This document shows, in pieces, positions 51,291 through 60,983 of a DNA stretch of 63,278 nt. How positions within the stretch are numbered: the first letter of the stretch is position 1; each line of letters begins with the position of its first letter. The stretch covers positions 1-63,278 of the forward strand of contig JBGFRI010000018.1 of NCBI GenBank assembly GCA_041695225.1, read 5' to 3'. The stretch is from Deinococcota bacterium. GTDB lineage: Bacteria; Deinococcota; Deinococci; Deinococcales; Thermaceae. The notes below the pieces were generated by a model that searched no databases, was not told where the DNA came from, and was given only the letters and a program-made list of their open reading frames with translations. A program made the translations under genes and the position numbers.

Positions 51291-51612
51291 CGGTTTCACC
51301 AGGCTCCCAAAAATTGGCTGGGATGAGCGTTTGCAGTAAAAATCGGCAAACACCCCCAGACCAGTATAACCGTAGTCGGCTTCCAGCTGCCCGGGAGCGA
51401 AAAGATACGACAGTTTGCGCAAGAAAAGGCAGTTGCGTGGTCGGCTAGACAGCCAAGAGAGCCGCTCGTGATAAATCTACACAGATACCCCCTTTGCTGC
51501 CGCGTTCACCCTTGGGAAGTAGGCGGCGACACCCTGCCAGTTTTATGAGCGCATTAAGCCACAGACAGGTTTATTTACTCCCGAGGTGTCGGGGGTTATT
51601 GTGGCTGGCTCT

Positions 51613-52335
51613 TTATCCAGCTGGGCTGGCCCCGGCAGCCGCAACCGCGATAAAAAACAGCAGGCCCGCAACCTCACCCAGCTCCACCAGCATTCCATAG
51701 ATGTCGCCGGAAATCCCGCCCCCCAGCCGGCCCGCCGCCCAGTAGGCCAGCAGCAACATGGTCGCCATAACCACCAGCGCAACCCAGGGGAAAAAGAAAA
51801 TCACGGGTAAGGTAAGCAAGAAAGCCGGGAGAATTCGACCCTCGCGGCTCCGGGCGCCCAGCCCTTCGGCTTTGGCCGCAGGAAACAGGTTCATGGGCAG
51901 CAGCAGGCCAAAGCGCACTATTGCCGGCAAGCACAGTAATAGCCAGGGCGAGGGGTTTGACGCCAGCAGCTGCCACTTCAAGAGCAGCACCACAAACCCC
52001 ACGCCAAAAGCGAAGCTGCCCAGATGCACATCACCCAGAATGCGCAGCCGCTCCTGGGGCGGTTTCATGGCCAGCAGGGCATCGGCCGCGTCGAGCAGAC
52101 CGTCCAGGTGCAGCAGGCCGGTGCAGGCCAGCCAGACCGCCAGCAAAACCGCCCCCTGCAGACCGTCGGGTAGCGCAGCGGTCAGCCAGGCCACAAGGGC
52201 CAGCACCGCCCCAATCAGGTAGCCCGCCACCGGATAAAAGGTGGTGGCAGCCTTCATCTCACCGCTCTTGACCTCCCCCAGGTGGGGAACCGGGAAAACG
52301 GTCAGGAAACCGATGGCCAGCCAGAGGGGGCGCAC
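51613..52335 (-). CDS. cobS: Adenosylcobinamide-GDP ribazoletransferase
   Basis: FLTVFP, TGLLHLDGLLDAAD, GGISGDIYG. Confidence 0.94.
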   Translation of the reverse strand: MRPLWLAIGFLTVFPVPHLGEVKSGEMKAATTFYPVAGYLIGAVLALVAWLTAALPDGLQGAVLLAVWLACTGLLHLDGLLDAADALLAMKPPQERLRILGDVHLGSFAFGVGFVVLLLKWQLLASNPSPWLLLCLPAIVRFGLLLPMNLFPAAKAEGLGARSREGRILPAFLLTLPVIFFFPWVALVVMATMLLLAYWAAGRLGGGISGDIYGMLVELGEVAGLLFFIAVAAAGASPAG

Positions 52336-52338
52336 AGC

Positions 52339-52563
52339 TTAAGGTTTTACCAGAACCGCGCCAAAGCGGGCCTCAAATTCCTCGCGGGTTTTGATGGGGC
52401 AGCCCTCGAGTCTAAGCTGAATGGCCTGGGCCTGAACCTCCTTGGGGAAAGGACAGTGCCGGCACCCGGAGCCACAGCAGTAACCACGCTTGCGATGAAA
52501 AGCTTCGGTGAAAACCACCAGGCCGTTTTCGAGGTAGTAGTCCAGGTTTTCTTTGAGTTCCAT
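52339..52563 (-). CDS. DUF5522-like Cys-rich small protein
   Basis: DYYLENGLVVFTEAFHRKRGYCCGSGCRHCPF. Confidence 0.8.
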   Translation of the reverse strand: MELKENLDYYLENGLVVFTEAFHRKRGYCCGSGCRHCPFPKEVQAQAIQLRLEGCPIKTREEFEARFGAVLVKP

Positions 52564-52695
52564 GTTCGGCCTCTTGTTTCCTAAATAAGGCTTTAGGGCA
52601 TTTTGCGGAGTGAATATCAGTGCAGAGGCTCTTTGTAGGGCAGCCCCTTGGGGTCGCGATGCGGGTCATGCTCCTCAGCGACGTGAGCAACTCTT

Positions 52696-53775
52696 CTACG
52701 GCTTTAGCGTCTGCGATACCCCCGCCTGAGAAAAGGTTGCCATTCCCGCCATCACCTCGGCTGCTGCCCGCAGCACGGGAAAGCTCAAGACTGCCCCGGT
52801 CCCCTCCCCCAGCCGCAGGTCCAGTTCCAGAATGGGCCGCAGCCCCAGCGCTTGCAGCTGCCGGGTGTGCCCTGGCTCGGTCGAGCGGTGCCCGGCAAAA
52901 AGGTAATCTCGTACCTCTGGCTCAATCTGGCAGGCCAGCAAAGCCCCCGCCGTAACGGGAAAGCCGTCGCTGACCATGGGCAGACCGGCCTCGGCGCCCG
53001 CCAGGAAAACACCGGCAATAGCCGCAATTTCTAGCCCGCCCAGCTCGGCCAGCACCTCCAGCGGATCGGCTTTGCCCCGACTGCCCCAGCGGGCCTGTGC
53101 CCGGCTTAACGCGGCGCGGACCACCTCGAGCTTTTTCTCATACCGCTGGTCGTCTACCCCCGTACCGCGTCCGGTGACATCTTGCGCCTCCAGGCCCAGC
53201 AATACAGCGGTTAGAGCCGCTGCCGCAGTGGTATTGCCAATGCCCATGTCGCCCGCAGCCAGGATGGTGGCCCCACCCACGATGGCCGCCCGGGCAGCCT
53301 GGGCCCCCAGAAGGATGGCCTGCTGGGCTTCGGCGCGGGTCATGGCGGGCTGCTGGGCGATGTTGCCCGTTCCGCGTCGTACCTTGGACGCATGCAGCGG
53401 AAACAGGCCTGCGCTCTCTTCGGCATCGGCAGCAACATCACTGTTCACACCCACATCCAGCACCCAGACCTCGGCATCGGCAACCCTGGCAATCTGATTG
53501 ATCGCTGCCCCGCCCACCTGAAAGTTTAGAACCATCTGTGCGGTCACCTCGGGCGGGTAGGCCGAAACGCCCTCGGCAGCCACGCCGTGGTCGGCTGCAC
53601 AGACAATCACCGCCCCCTTGCCCAGAATAGGCCGCAGGGTCTGCCCAATGGCAGCCAGGCGAACGCCAATTTCTTCCAAAAAACCCAGCGAGCCCGCCGG
53701 CTTGGTCAGGGTGTTCTGGTGCTCGAGGGCTCGGGTGAGCCATTCTGTGGAGACGGGCTGGATGTGGAAGTTCAT
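52696..53775 (-). CDS. cobT: Nicotinate-nucleotide--dimethylbenzimidazole phosphoribosyltransferase
   Basis: LTKPAGSLG, ADHGV, MGIGNTT, LRLGEGTGA. Confidence 0.95.
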   Translation of the reverse strand: MNFHIQPVSTEWLTRALEHQNTLTKPAGSLGFLEEIGVRLAAIGQTLRPILGKGAVIVCAADHGVAAEGVSAYPPEVTAQMVLNFQVGGAAINQIARVADAEVWVLDVGVNSDVAADAEESAGLFPLHASKVRRGTGNIAQQPAMTRAEAQQAILLGAQAARAAIVGGATILAAGDMGIGNTTAAAALTAVLLGLEAQDVTGRGTGVDDQRYEKKLEVVRAALSRAQARWGSRGKADPLEVLAELGGLEIAAIAGVFLAGAEAGLPMVSDGFPVTAGALLACQIEPEVRDYLFAGHRSTEPGHTRQLQALGLRPILELDLRLGEGTGAVLSFPVLRAAAEVMAGMATFSQAGVSQTLKP

Positions 53776-53876
53776 GGGAGAACTGGGGCCGGCGGGTCGG
53801 GGCAAAAGCGAACGGGAAACCTTGGCCTGTTTGGGGTCTTGCTACGCGTAGGCGCTAGCTGATGGCAGGGGAGCCT

Positions 53877-54278
53877 TCAATCCCAGAACCGCCTTACCCC
53901 GAACCTATCCAGCAAGTTGTCTTTACTGATCAAGGTTAGGTTCTGAAGCAGGGCCTGGGCGGCCAGGGCGCGGTCAAAGGGGTCTTTGTGGTCAGTCTCA
54001 AACAGCCCCGCTTGTAGCGCATGGGGCGCCAGCAAGGGCAGTTCGATAAAACCGTAGGCGCCCAGCACCCCGTAAAAGTCCGCCACCAGTGCGGCAGCGG
54101 CGGGTAGGCGTCCCATCTTCCATTTGATGCTGAGTTCCCAGGCGCTCACCGGGGAGATGAAGATATGGTTACCGCGATCGATGATACGAGCCAGGACAGG
54201 CTTTGGTAACAGCGACTTCTGGCTGTCGTACCAAAGCAAGGCGTGGGTATCGAGCAAAAAGCCTTGGCTATCGCTCAC
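53877..54278 (-). CDS. vapC: PIN-domain toxin (VapC family)
   Basis: LLDTHALLW, SAWELSIK, HKDPFDRAL, LISKD. Confidence 0.92.
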   Translation of the reverse strand: MSDSQGFLLDTHALLWYDSQKSLLPKPVLARIIDRGNHIFISPVSAWELSIKWKMGRLPAAAALVADFYGVLGAYGFIELPLLAPHALQAGLFETDHKDPFDRALAAQALLQNLTLISKDNLLDRFGVRRFWD

Positions 54279-54511
54279 TTGTACCACTCTGCCAGTTCGC
54301 TTTCGTCTAAAGGAGCCAGAACCGCTGCAATCTCGGCTTTGCTAAAGCGGTGGGGGTGCAGCTCAACCGGGCGCTTGGAACCCTCGATTGGAACAAGGCG
54401 CAACAGAGGCTTACCGTGTTTGGCAATAATTACCTCCTCGCCCCGCAGGGCCTTCTCTACCAGCTGGGAGAAGGAGGTTTTAGCCTGATGAATGTTTACC
54501 TTGGTAGCCAT
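54275..54511 (-). CDS. Phd/YefM-family antitoxin
   Basis: VNIHQAKTSFSQLVE...GEEVIIAKHGKP. Confidence 0.92.
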   Translation of the reverse strand: MATKVNIHQAKTSFSQLVEKALRGEEVIIAKHGKPLLRLVPIEGSKRPVELHPHRFSKAEIAAVLAPLDESELAEWYK

Positions 54512-54569
54512 TTCTAGTCCATTCTACTATAAGTTAGTCTCTTTTGGTAATCCCTGGTTACCAGCAGGC

Positions 54570-55085
54570 TCATGGCGGTTTTAGCTTCAGGGGAATGCCC
54601 GCAACCAGCAGGTAAACTCTGTCGGCCTCCTGGGCCATGCGGCGGTTGGCAGCGCCCAGCAGGTCGCGGTAGCGCCTGGCCAGGGCATTAGCGGGAACAA
54701 TCCCCAGGCCCACCTCGTTGGTGACTACCAGCAGGGTTTTGCCGGTTTGGGCGCGGACCGCCAGCAGCTTTTCGACCTCGGGCAAGACCTCCCGCTCGAC
54801 CTGCATCAGATTAGAGACCCACAGAGTCAGGCAGTCCAGCAGCACTACCCGGCCTCTGGCCCGCACCAGCGCAAAGGGGAGCTCGAGCGGTTCTTCCAGC
54901 GTCTCCCAGGCGGCGGGGCGCTCGGCCCGGTGCTGCTGGATGCGCTGGTGCATCTCTTCATCCAGCGCCTGGGCCGTGGCGATAAAGCTGACCTGGTCCA
55001 GGCCAAGCGCGTGCGCATGGGCCAGGGCAAAGGCGCTCTTGCCGGCCCGCGCACCGCCTGTTACCAGAATTAGGCCAGGTTGCAC
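54570..55085 (-). CDS. cobU: Adenosylcobinamide kinase/guanylyltransferase
   Basis: GGARAGKS, RIQQHR.ERP..W, DCLTLW, NEVGLG. Confidence 0.95.
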   Translation of the reverse strand: MQPGLILVTGGARAGKSAFALAHAHALGLDQVSFIATAQALDEEMHQRIQQHRAERPAAWETLEEPLELPFALVRARGRVVLLDCLTLWVSNLMQVEREVLPEVEKLLAVRAQTGKTLLVVTNEVGLGIVPANALARRYRDLLGAANRRMAQEADRVYLLVAGIPLKLKPP

Positions 55086-55103
55086 ATACCCCTTTCGTCG
55101 TTC

Positions 55104-55661
55104 TTACTCTTGCGCCTCATCGGGCCCTGCCGGGTCGCGCACAAACAGCACCCGCTTGCGCTCCCAGTCCACCCCCAGCACCGCACACGGCGGCAGGAGG
55201 CGGTCCTGGCCAAGCTCACGCAGCACCAGGCGCAGCACGCCCCCGTGGGTGAAGATCAGGTGCCGGCCTCTGGGCAGGCCATCCAGGTAGTGGAAGACCC
55301 GCTGCCGCAGCTGCGCCGTAGACTCGCCCCCCGGCGCTTGAAAGCCCTCGAAGGCCATCAGAGCATTCTTGTGGATCTCGGGTAGCAAAGCCCATTTTAG
55401 ACCCTCGAGCTCGCCGAACCTTAGCTCGCGCAGTCGGGCAGATACCTGGTGGGGCTGGCCATAGGCCAGGCGGGCGGTCTGGACTGCCCGCTGCAAATCC
55501 GAGGCCGCCACACGCTCAAAGTGCTCGGCCTTCAACCATTCCGACAAAGCCGTGGCCTGGCGCTCACCCAAAGCCGTGAGCGGCAGATCGGTCCAGCCGG
55601 TCAGCCTGCCCTCCAGGTTCCAGGTCGTCTGCGCGTGGCGCACCAGCCAGAGCTCACTCAC
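55104..55661 (-). CDS. cobC: Histidine phosphatase (alpha-ribazole phosphatase-like)
   Basis: LVRHAQT, SDLQRA, GGES, THGG; B12 operon context. Confidence 0.78.
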   Translation of the reverse strand: MSELWLVRHAQTTWNLEGRLTGWTDLPLTALGERQATALSEWLKAEHFERVAASDLQRAVQTARLAYGQPHQVSARLRELRFGELEGLKWALLPEIHKNALMAFEGFQAPGGESTAQLRQRVFHYLDGLPRGRHLIFTHGGVLRLVLRELGQDRLLPPCAVLGVDWERKRVLFVRDPAGPDEAQE

Positions 55662-55820
55662 CAGAAATCAGTCCTCTTTCCCTCTCCCCATGCAAAAGAG
55701 AGTGGTGACACTCTACCAAACAGGGCTCTAACTGTCCCGGGCGGCTTTTGTGCGAACGGAGTCTCGCTGGCTGAGGGGAATCTATCTCACCCTTCTGGGC
55801 CAATTTTTCCAGGCTCGGTC

Positions 55821-56156
55821 TCATGGCTCCACCCAGGCATAAAAAGGGGTCTCGACAAATTCGGGTGGGCCATCCAGATAGAGCCGCAAACCAGGTAGTA
55901 GCAGCCTGGAGCCGTCCTGTTCAAAGTCCAGTGGATCGCCGGGCAGGGTGTAGATTAGGGTTTGGGCAGGGGGAGCCCCGGCCCGCATTAGCCGGGAGTT
56001 TAAGTTTTGGCCTCCCTGGCGCGTACAGCCGGTCCGCTTCTCCTGAATTGCGGCAACAAAACGAGCCAGGCGCGGCCCATCCTGGGTGATGAGGCGACGC
56101 ACCTCACCCAGGTCGAGCAGCAGCAGTTGTGGGGTCACCTTCAGGCTGGCCTGCAT
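55821..56156 (-). CDS. Hypothetical protein (111 aa) in the B12 operon
   Basis: ATG directly follows the btuD stop; no recognised motif. Confidence 0.6.
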   Translation of the reverse strand: MQASLKVTPQLLLLDLGEVRRLITQDGPRLARFVAAIQEKRTGCTRQGGQNLNSRLMRAGAPPAQTLIYTLPGDPLDFEQDGSRLLLPGLRLYLDGPPEFVETPFYAWVEP

Positions 56157-56990
56157 CTAGCCTCCCAGCAGCACCACCGGCTGGCCATCTAGCTGGAAGA
56201 CCCGCACCCAGCGCCCATACACCGATTGCAGCAGGCTCTGGCTCAGCACCTCCTTTGGCGCACCTAGTGCGGCCAGCTTCCCTTCCGACAAAAAGGCCAC
56301 CCGGTCGGCCAGGCGGGCCAGGTTGGGGTCGTGTAATACGGTCAGGATACCGAGGCCCTGGGACCGCAGGCCCGCCACCAGACCAATGAACTCGGCCTGA
56401 TGGTGCAGGTCGAGGTGGCTGGTGGGCTCGTCGAGCAGCAAGAATTTTGGCCGACTGGCCAGGGCGCGGGCCAGCAGGGCTCGCTGCCGCTCACCGCCCG
56501 ACAGAGTGGGCAGCAGGCGGTGCCGAAACTCCGCTACCCGGGTCTGGGCCATGGACCACTCCACCGCCTCCTGGTCGCGCTTGCCGGGGCTTCCTAGCAG
56601 GCCCAGATGGGGGGTGCGGCCCAGGCTCACCACCTCTTCTACCGTTAGGTCTTCGGGATGAGGGCCGTTTTGCGGCAGAAAGGCAATTTGCTGGCCTCTT
56701 ACCCAGCTCGAGATGCCATGCAGTTGCGCCGTATTCAGCCTGACCTGGCCCCTCGAGGGCTTCAGCAGCCCCGCCATCAGGCGCAGCAGGGTGCTCTTCC
56801 CCGCCCCATTGGGGCCCAGCATGGCCAGCCACTCGCCAGCACGGAGCGTTAGGCTAATCTCGGTTAGCACTGCCCGCCCACGATAGGAGAAAGACAGGTT
56901 TTCGGCTACAATCCGGGCGCCAGCCGACGATGCCGGATGGTCCAAAACACCCACACCTCTGCTTGCCAGCAACTCTGTCCCCGTGCTCAT
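56157..56990 (-). CDS. btuD: Cobalamin ABC transporter ATPase
   Basis: GPNGAGKST, LSGGERQR, LDEPTSHLD, LHDPN. Confidence 0.85.
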   Translation of the reverse strand: MSTGTELLASRGVGVLDHPASSAGARIVAENLSFSYRGRAVLTEISLTLRAGEWLAMLGPNGAGKSTLLRLMAGLLKPSRGQVRLNTAQLHGISSWVRGQQIAFLPQNGPHPEDLTVEEVVSLGRTPHLGLLGSPGKRDQEAVEWSMAQTRVAEFRHRLLPTLSGGERQRALLARALASRPKFLLLDEPTSHLDLHHQAEFIGLVAGLRSQGLGILTVLHDPNLARLADRVAFLSEGKLAALGAPKEVLSQSLLQSVYGRWVRVFQLDGQPVVLLGG

Positions 56991-58042
56991 ACCCTCCTCC
57001 CCCGCCACATTAGATACAAAAAGTACGGCCCGCCCAGCAGGGTGGTGAGGACCCCCACCGGCAGCTCGGCCGGAGCGATCAGGATGCGGGCCAGCAGGTC
57101 GGCAAAAACCAGCAAAACCGCCCCGCCCAGCGCCGAGGCCGGCAGCAGGTAGCGGTAGTCTCCCCCTATCAGGCGTCGCATCAGGTGCGGGGCGAGCAGG
57201 CCCACAAAACCGATGATGCCGGCCTGGGCTACGGCAGCAGCAATGAGCAAGGTAACCGCGGCAATCAGCACCAGCTTGATCTGGTCCAGTGGCAGTCCCA
57301 GGCTGCGGGCGGTCTCTTCGCCCAGGTTGAGCGCGTTGAGGGTGCGCCCGAGCAACAAAAGCAGTGGAGTGATGAACAGCAGATAGACCGCCAGCGGCCC
57401 CACCCCGTTCCAGTTCAAAAAGGCCAGGCTGCCCAGGGTAAAGGCAAATACCGCCCGCACCCGGTCGGCGTCCTGGAGCATCAGATAGCTGGTCAGGCTG
57501 ACCAGCACGCTGCCCACTATCACCCCGGCCAGGATCAGGTCGTGGGTGCGGCTGGCCCCGCCCGAGAGCAGCAGGGTCAGGGTAACCGCCAGCACTGCAC
57601 CAGCAAAGCCAAACAGAGTGGCGGAGGCTGGCAGGTGGGTAAAAATCGCGTGCTGGGCAAAGGCTCCCGAGAGCCCGCCCAGCCAGACCACCGCCACGGT
57701 GACCCCAAAGGCCGCCCCAGCCGCCGACCCCATCAGGTAGGGGTCGGCCAGGGGGTTGCGGAACAGGCCCTGGAAAGCAGCCCCCGCCAGGCCCAGCGCG
57801 GCGCCCACCAGCATGGCCCCCAGCACCCTGGGCAGGCGCAGCTCGGTAACGATGGGGTTCTCCTGCAAACCCAGCACCGCCGCCAGCACTTCGAGAGCCG
57901 GCAGCCGCACCGCCCCATAGCCCACCCCCAGCACCAGGCCCAGCACCAGCAGCAGTAACAGGCTGAAAAATACCAGCCCACGGCGGTAGCCCGTGGCCCC
58001 AGTAGGCAGGGCAGCTCGAACAGAACGGCGGGTGAAGATCAT
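56987..58042 (-). CDS. btuC: Cobalamin ABC transporter permease
   Basis: LRLPR, RNPLADP, LGEETARSLG, IGFVGL..PH, ELPVG. Confidence 0.87.
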   Translation of the reverse strand: MIFTRRSVRAALPTGATGYRRGLVFFSLLLLLVLGLVLGVGYGAVRLPALEVLAAVLGLQENPIVTELRLPRVLGAMLVGAALGLAGAAFQGLFRNPLADPYLMGSAAGAAFGVTVAVVWLGGLSGAFAQHAIFTHLPASATLFGFAGAVLAVTLTLLLSGGASRTHDLILAGVIVGSVLVSLTSYLMLQDADRVRAVFAFTLGSLAFLNWNGVGPLAVYLLFITPLLLLLGRTLNALNLGEETARSLGLPLDQIKLVLIAAVTLLIAAAVAQAGIIGFVGLLAPHLMRRLIGGDYRYLLPASALGGAVLLVFADLLARILIAPAELPVGVLTTLLGGPYFLYLMWRGRRV

Positions 58043-58917
58043 GGCCGAACGGGATGAAAGCAGTTCACCAGCAACTCAAGACCCTGCGCAACCCGTGGCC
58101 CCGGGCGCGAAAGCTTGCTGCTGGCCTCGCCCGTAAAACTACAGATCCGGCCCGCCCGCACCGCCCGCAGCCCAGCCCAGCCAGGGCGTCTGGGCAGGTC
58201 GGCAGCTCCGGGGTGGGTTAGCACGATCACCTCGGGGTTGCGCCGTACCACCAGCTCGGGGCTGATCTGGGGAAACAATCCCAGCTCACGCGGGATGATG
58301 TTCTGGCCCCTGGCCTTGGTAATCAAAACCCCTATAAAAGAGTCAGGTCCCACCGTGAAGGGCGTGGGATCAATCTCGTAGTAGACGGTGGGGCGCGAGG
58401 GAGACCGGGCGGCCCGGCTGGCTACCTGATAGACCTCGCGCTGGATGCGCGCCACCAGCCTCTCGGCCTGGGCTTCCTGGCCCAGAGCCTGGCCCAGGAG
58501 CCGGGTAACCCGGAAAATGTCCTCGTAGCGTTCGGTGCGGACGGCAAAGGTTGTGACGCCAGCCCTTTCTAGGGTCTCGTGCAGCCGGCCGTGGACCGAG
58601 AGAATCACCAGATCGGGCCTGAGGGCCACGATGGCCTCGGGGTTGGGGTCGAACAGGCCCCCCAGCCTGGGCAGTGGCCTGATTTCTGCGGGGTAATCGG
58701 AGAAATTGTCCACCCCCACCAGGCGTGCGCAGGCATTCAAGGCGCAGACCTTCTCGGTCGCGGAGGGCAGCATCACCACCAGGCGCTGGGGGGCGGCCTT
58801 CAGGGTTATGGTGCGGCCCAGGTCGTCGGTGAGGGTGCGGGAGAACTGCTGCGCCAAGCCGGTAGCCAGTAGCGCATAGCCAATAGCCAGAAACAAGAAC
58901 CAGACAAATCTTTTCAT
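58039..58917 (-). CDS. btuF: Cobalamin ABC transporter substrate-binding protein
   Basis: Signal peptide, DDLGR...PQRLV...PSATE, EAIVALRPDLV, RPGPR; downstream of the B12 riboswitch. Confidence 0.87.
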   Translation of the reverse strand: MKRFVWFLFLAIGYALLATGLAQQFSRTLTDDLGRTITLKAAPQRLVVMLPSATEKVCALNACARLVGVDNFSDYPAEIRPLPRLGGLFDPNPEAIVALRPDLVILSVHGRLHETLERAGVTTFAVRTERYEDIFRVTRLLGQALGQEAQAERLVARIQREVYQVASRAARSPSRPTVYYEIDPTPFTVGPDSFIGVLITKARGQNIIPRELGLFPQISPELVVRRNPEVIVLTHPGAADLPRRPGWAGLRAVRAGRICSFTGEASSKLSRPGPRVAQGLELLVNCFHPVRP

Positions 58918-58957
58918 GCCACGTCCTTTCCCAACCCGGTTTCGCGGTGAGGGCACG

Positions 58958-58984
58958 AAAAAAACGCCCTCGGGAGTGAGGACG
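58958..58984 (-). terminator. Riboswitch expression-platform terminator
   Basis: CGTCCTC-ACTCCC-GAGGGCG-TTTTTTT on the minus strand, 40 nt upstream of btuF. Confidence 0.8.
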
Positions 58985-59053
58985 CTACATTAAAAATAGG
59001 TTCCCCGAGACTCCCCCTTCTTGCGAGAGGTGCCTTCCGTATCGGAGTTAGAA

Positions 59054-59232
59054 GGCGTTTTGGCAGGTATTCGGACTTTGGGCGGTGGTTGTGAGGGCTT
59101 GCTCACTACCCCAGTGCGCCATCACCGTTGCGCGACAGTACCGGACTGGCCTGCGGGGCACGCTGTGCCCCGGCTTCACCGGATTTCCCCACTTTAAGCC
59201 TGAGCTACGCGCCCAGACACCAAAACTTGGCC
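59054..59232 (-). ncRNA. Cobalamin riboswitch
   Basis: Minus strand GGT...AAGTGGGGAAATCCGGTG...CCGGTACTGTCGCGCAACGGTGA...AAGTCCGAATACCTGCC (B12 box). Confidence 0.93.
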
Positions 59233-59460
59233 GGGTTGTATGGCCCTAGCGGGCCTGGACATACCTTACACCCAGGCCCGGCCGCCTTCAAGCCCCCTAT
59301 TGACAGGGCTGAGGCAAAAGTTGGCCGAGTAGCCATTTTCCCTGGACCGGACGCTACGAATGGTGAAAGTTGTTCCTTTGGCGCCAGGACTCGAGGCTTT
59401 CACCACAACCCCCCCCTTTTTTTCCTTCCCCACAAGCGGGGAGGAGTCTGCAGAATGCCC

Positions 59461-60672
59461 CTACCAGGCCGGCCAGTCCGGTGCAGCCTCTAAGCCCAGT
59501 GAGCCCAGGTAGGCCCACAAGGGCTTTAGGTCCTCTGCATCAACTGGCTTGATGCCGTGGGCCAGAATGCTCTGATTTCTCGCCTGCAAGGGGTTTTGCA
59601 GCCTGGACTGGTAGTCGCCATATAGCCGCTGGGCCGTGGTGCCGGTATTTTTCAGGGCGGTATCTACCTCGAAGGCCAGGCCCAGGGTCTCTTTGAGCCC
59701 AAGTGTCCTGCCGGCCCGACCCGCTAGTTGCTGCAACGAGCTGGGGTAGGTCTGTGGGTCGCGCAGCACAATGCCGGTTCGCTCGTACATATCGGCCTCG
59801 GCGGCCAGCTCGATGGCGCGGTAGAGCCGGGCCAGGGCATCGTCGTAGCGCTGGCGGGCCTGGCGGCGGCGGGCATTGGCCAGCAGGTCGGCCAGCAGCA
59901 CAAAGGTGGGTTTGTGTTCTTTGTCCAGAATCTGCCGCAGCCGCACCCTGGCTTCGTTCAAGCTATGCAAAACCCGCACCTTGGCCCCGTGTCTCCAGGC
60001 CTCGGCAATGCCCAGGGCGGGCTCGAGGTTCCTTTCCAGACCCTGCCAGGCCTCCTTGTGGCGGAACAGATCCCAGTCTTCCATCCCCTGGGTAATGCCC
60101 TCGAGGTGGGTGTAAAAGCGCTTCTCCGAAGGGGTAAGCGGCCTTGCCAGAAGCTCGGTGATAAAGTCGCGGGCGGCCGGAAAGTCGCCCTGGTTCCAGG
60201 CCCGCCGAAAGCCCTCCCACTCGCGCAAACCGTAACGATAGGTGGGGTCTTCGAGCTGCCGCATCCGCTCGGTTCCGGTCAGAACCCGGCCCTGGTCGTC
60301 ACGCTGTTCGCCCCCCACATAGCTAAAGGTTACCCCCTGCCCGGTGAGGGCCAGCACCAGCCCCGCCGACATGGTCTTGGTGCCCCCGGTGATATCGGCC
60401 ACTATGGCCCGGGCCTCCCACTCCAGGGCCTTGTGCAGGGCCTCACGCCCCCTGCGAAACACCTCGCCCAGGCTCTCGGGGTCGTCTAGCAGCAGAGTAT
60501 GGTAGCGAAGCCCGCCGCCATACCGCCTGACCAGCTCGCCCGCCACAGACTGGCTGCCCTGGCTGGCCACAAACACCACTCCGCCGGGAGTGTGCTCGCT
60601 AAGGGCAAACTCGAGGGGCTCGAGGGTCTGCCCCACGCTCAGAATCAGAACCTTGTCCGGCAGTGTTTCCAT
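59461..60672 (-). CDS. CRISPR-associated CARF-HEPN RNase (TIGR02710/Csm6-like)
   Basis: CARF ILSVGQT.EP and ADITGGTKTMSAG; YDDALARLYRAIEL; HEPN RNQSILAHG (R-X6-H); next to a CRISPR array. Confidence 0.88.
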   Translation of the reverse strand: METLPDKVLILSVGQTLEPLEFALSEHTPGGVVFVASQGSQSVAGELVRRYGGGLRYHTLLLDDPESLGEVFRRGREALHKALEWEARAIVADITGGTKTMSAGLVLALTGQGVTFSYVGGEQRDDQGRVLTGTERMRQLEDPTYRYGLREWEGFRRAWNQGDFPAARDFITELLARPLTPSEKRFYTHLEGITQGMEDWDLFRHKEAWQGLERNLEPALGIAEAWRHGAKVRVLHSLNEARVRLRQILDKEHKPTFVLLADLLANARRRQARQRYDDALARLYRAIELAAEADMYERTGIVLRDPQTYPSSLQQLAGRAGRTLGLKETLGLAFEVDTALKNTGTTAQRLYGDYQSRLQNPLQARNQSILAHGIKPVDAEDLKPLWAYLGSLGLEAAPDWPAW

Positions 60673-60708
60673 ATCCCAGGTATACCAGACCCAAAGCAGC
60701 CTGATGTA

Positions 60709-60978
60709 GTTTCAAGACCCCTTACAGGACCGCTTGCCAACCGCGACGGTATTTGTATAGTCATCACGACAAAAATCCCCACGCCACCCTTTTTAGAGGG
60801 GCAGGGAGCTAGGCCCTGTGGGCCACGCTTAGCTACTATTGTCCGCGCAAAACAGTTATTTTGACTGCTCAGCAAGCAGTTTCAGCCTCTTTAGCGGCTT
60901 TTGGTCTGCAATCGTTTGAGCTGAGACCTGCGTCATCTTTGTAGCTTCAATTCCCTTGCGCGGCTTTTTTATTAGCCG
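60709..60978 (-). repeat. Degenerate CRISPR-repeat-like units outside the main array
   Basis: GTTTCAAGACCCCTTACAGG (60709), GTTTCAGCCTCTTTAGCGGCTTTTGGTCTGCAAT (60879), GCTTCAATTCCCTTGCGCGGCTTTTTTATTAGCCG (60944). Confidence 0.55.
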
Positions 60979-60983
60979 AGGAT

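Noticed and set aside
52564..52695. Startless open frame RVAHVAEEHDPHRDPKGLPYKEPLH after cobT
   Set aside because: Too short to assign and has no start codon.
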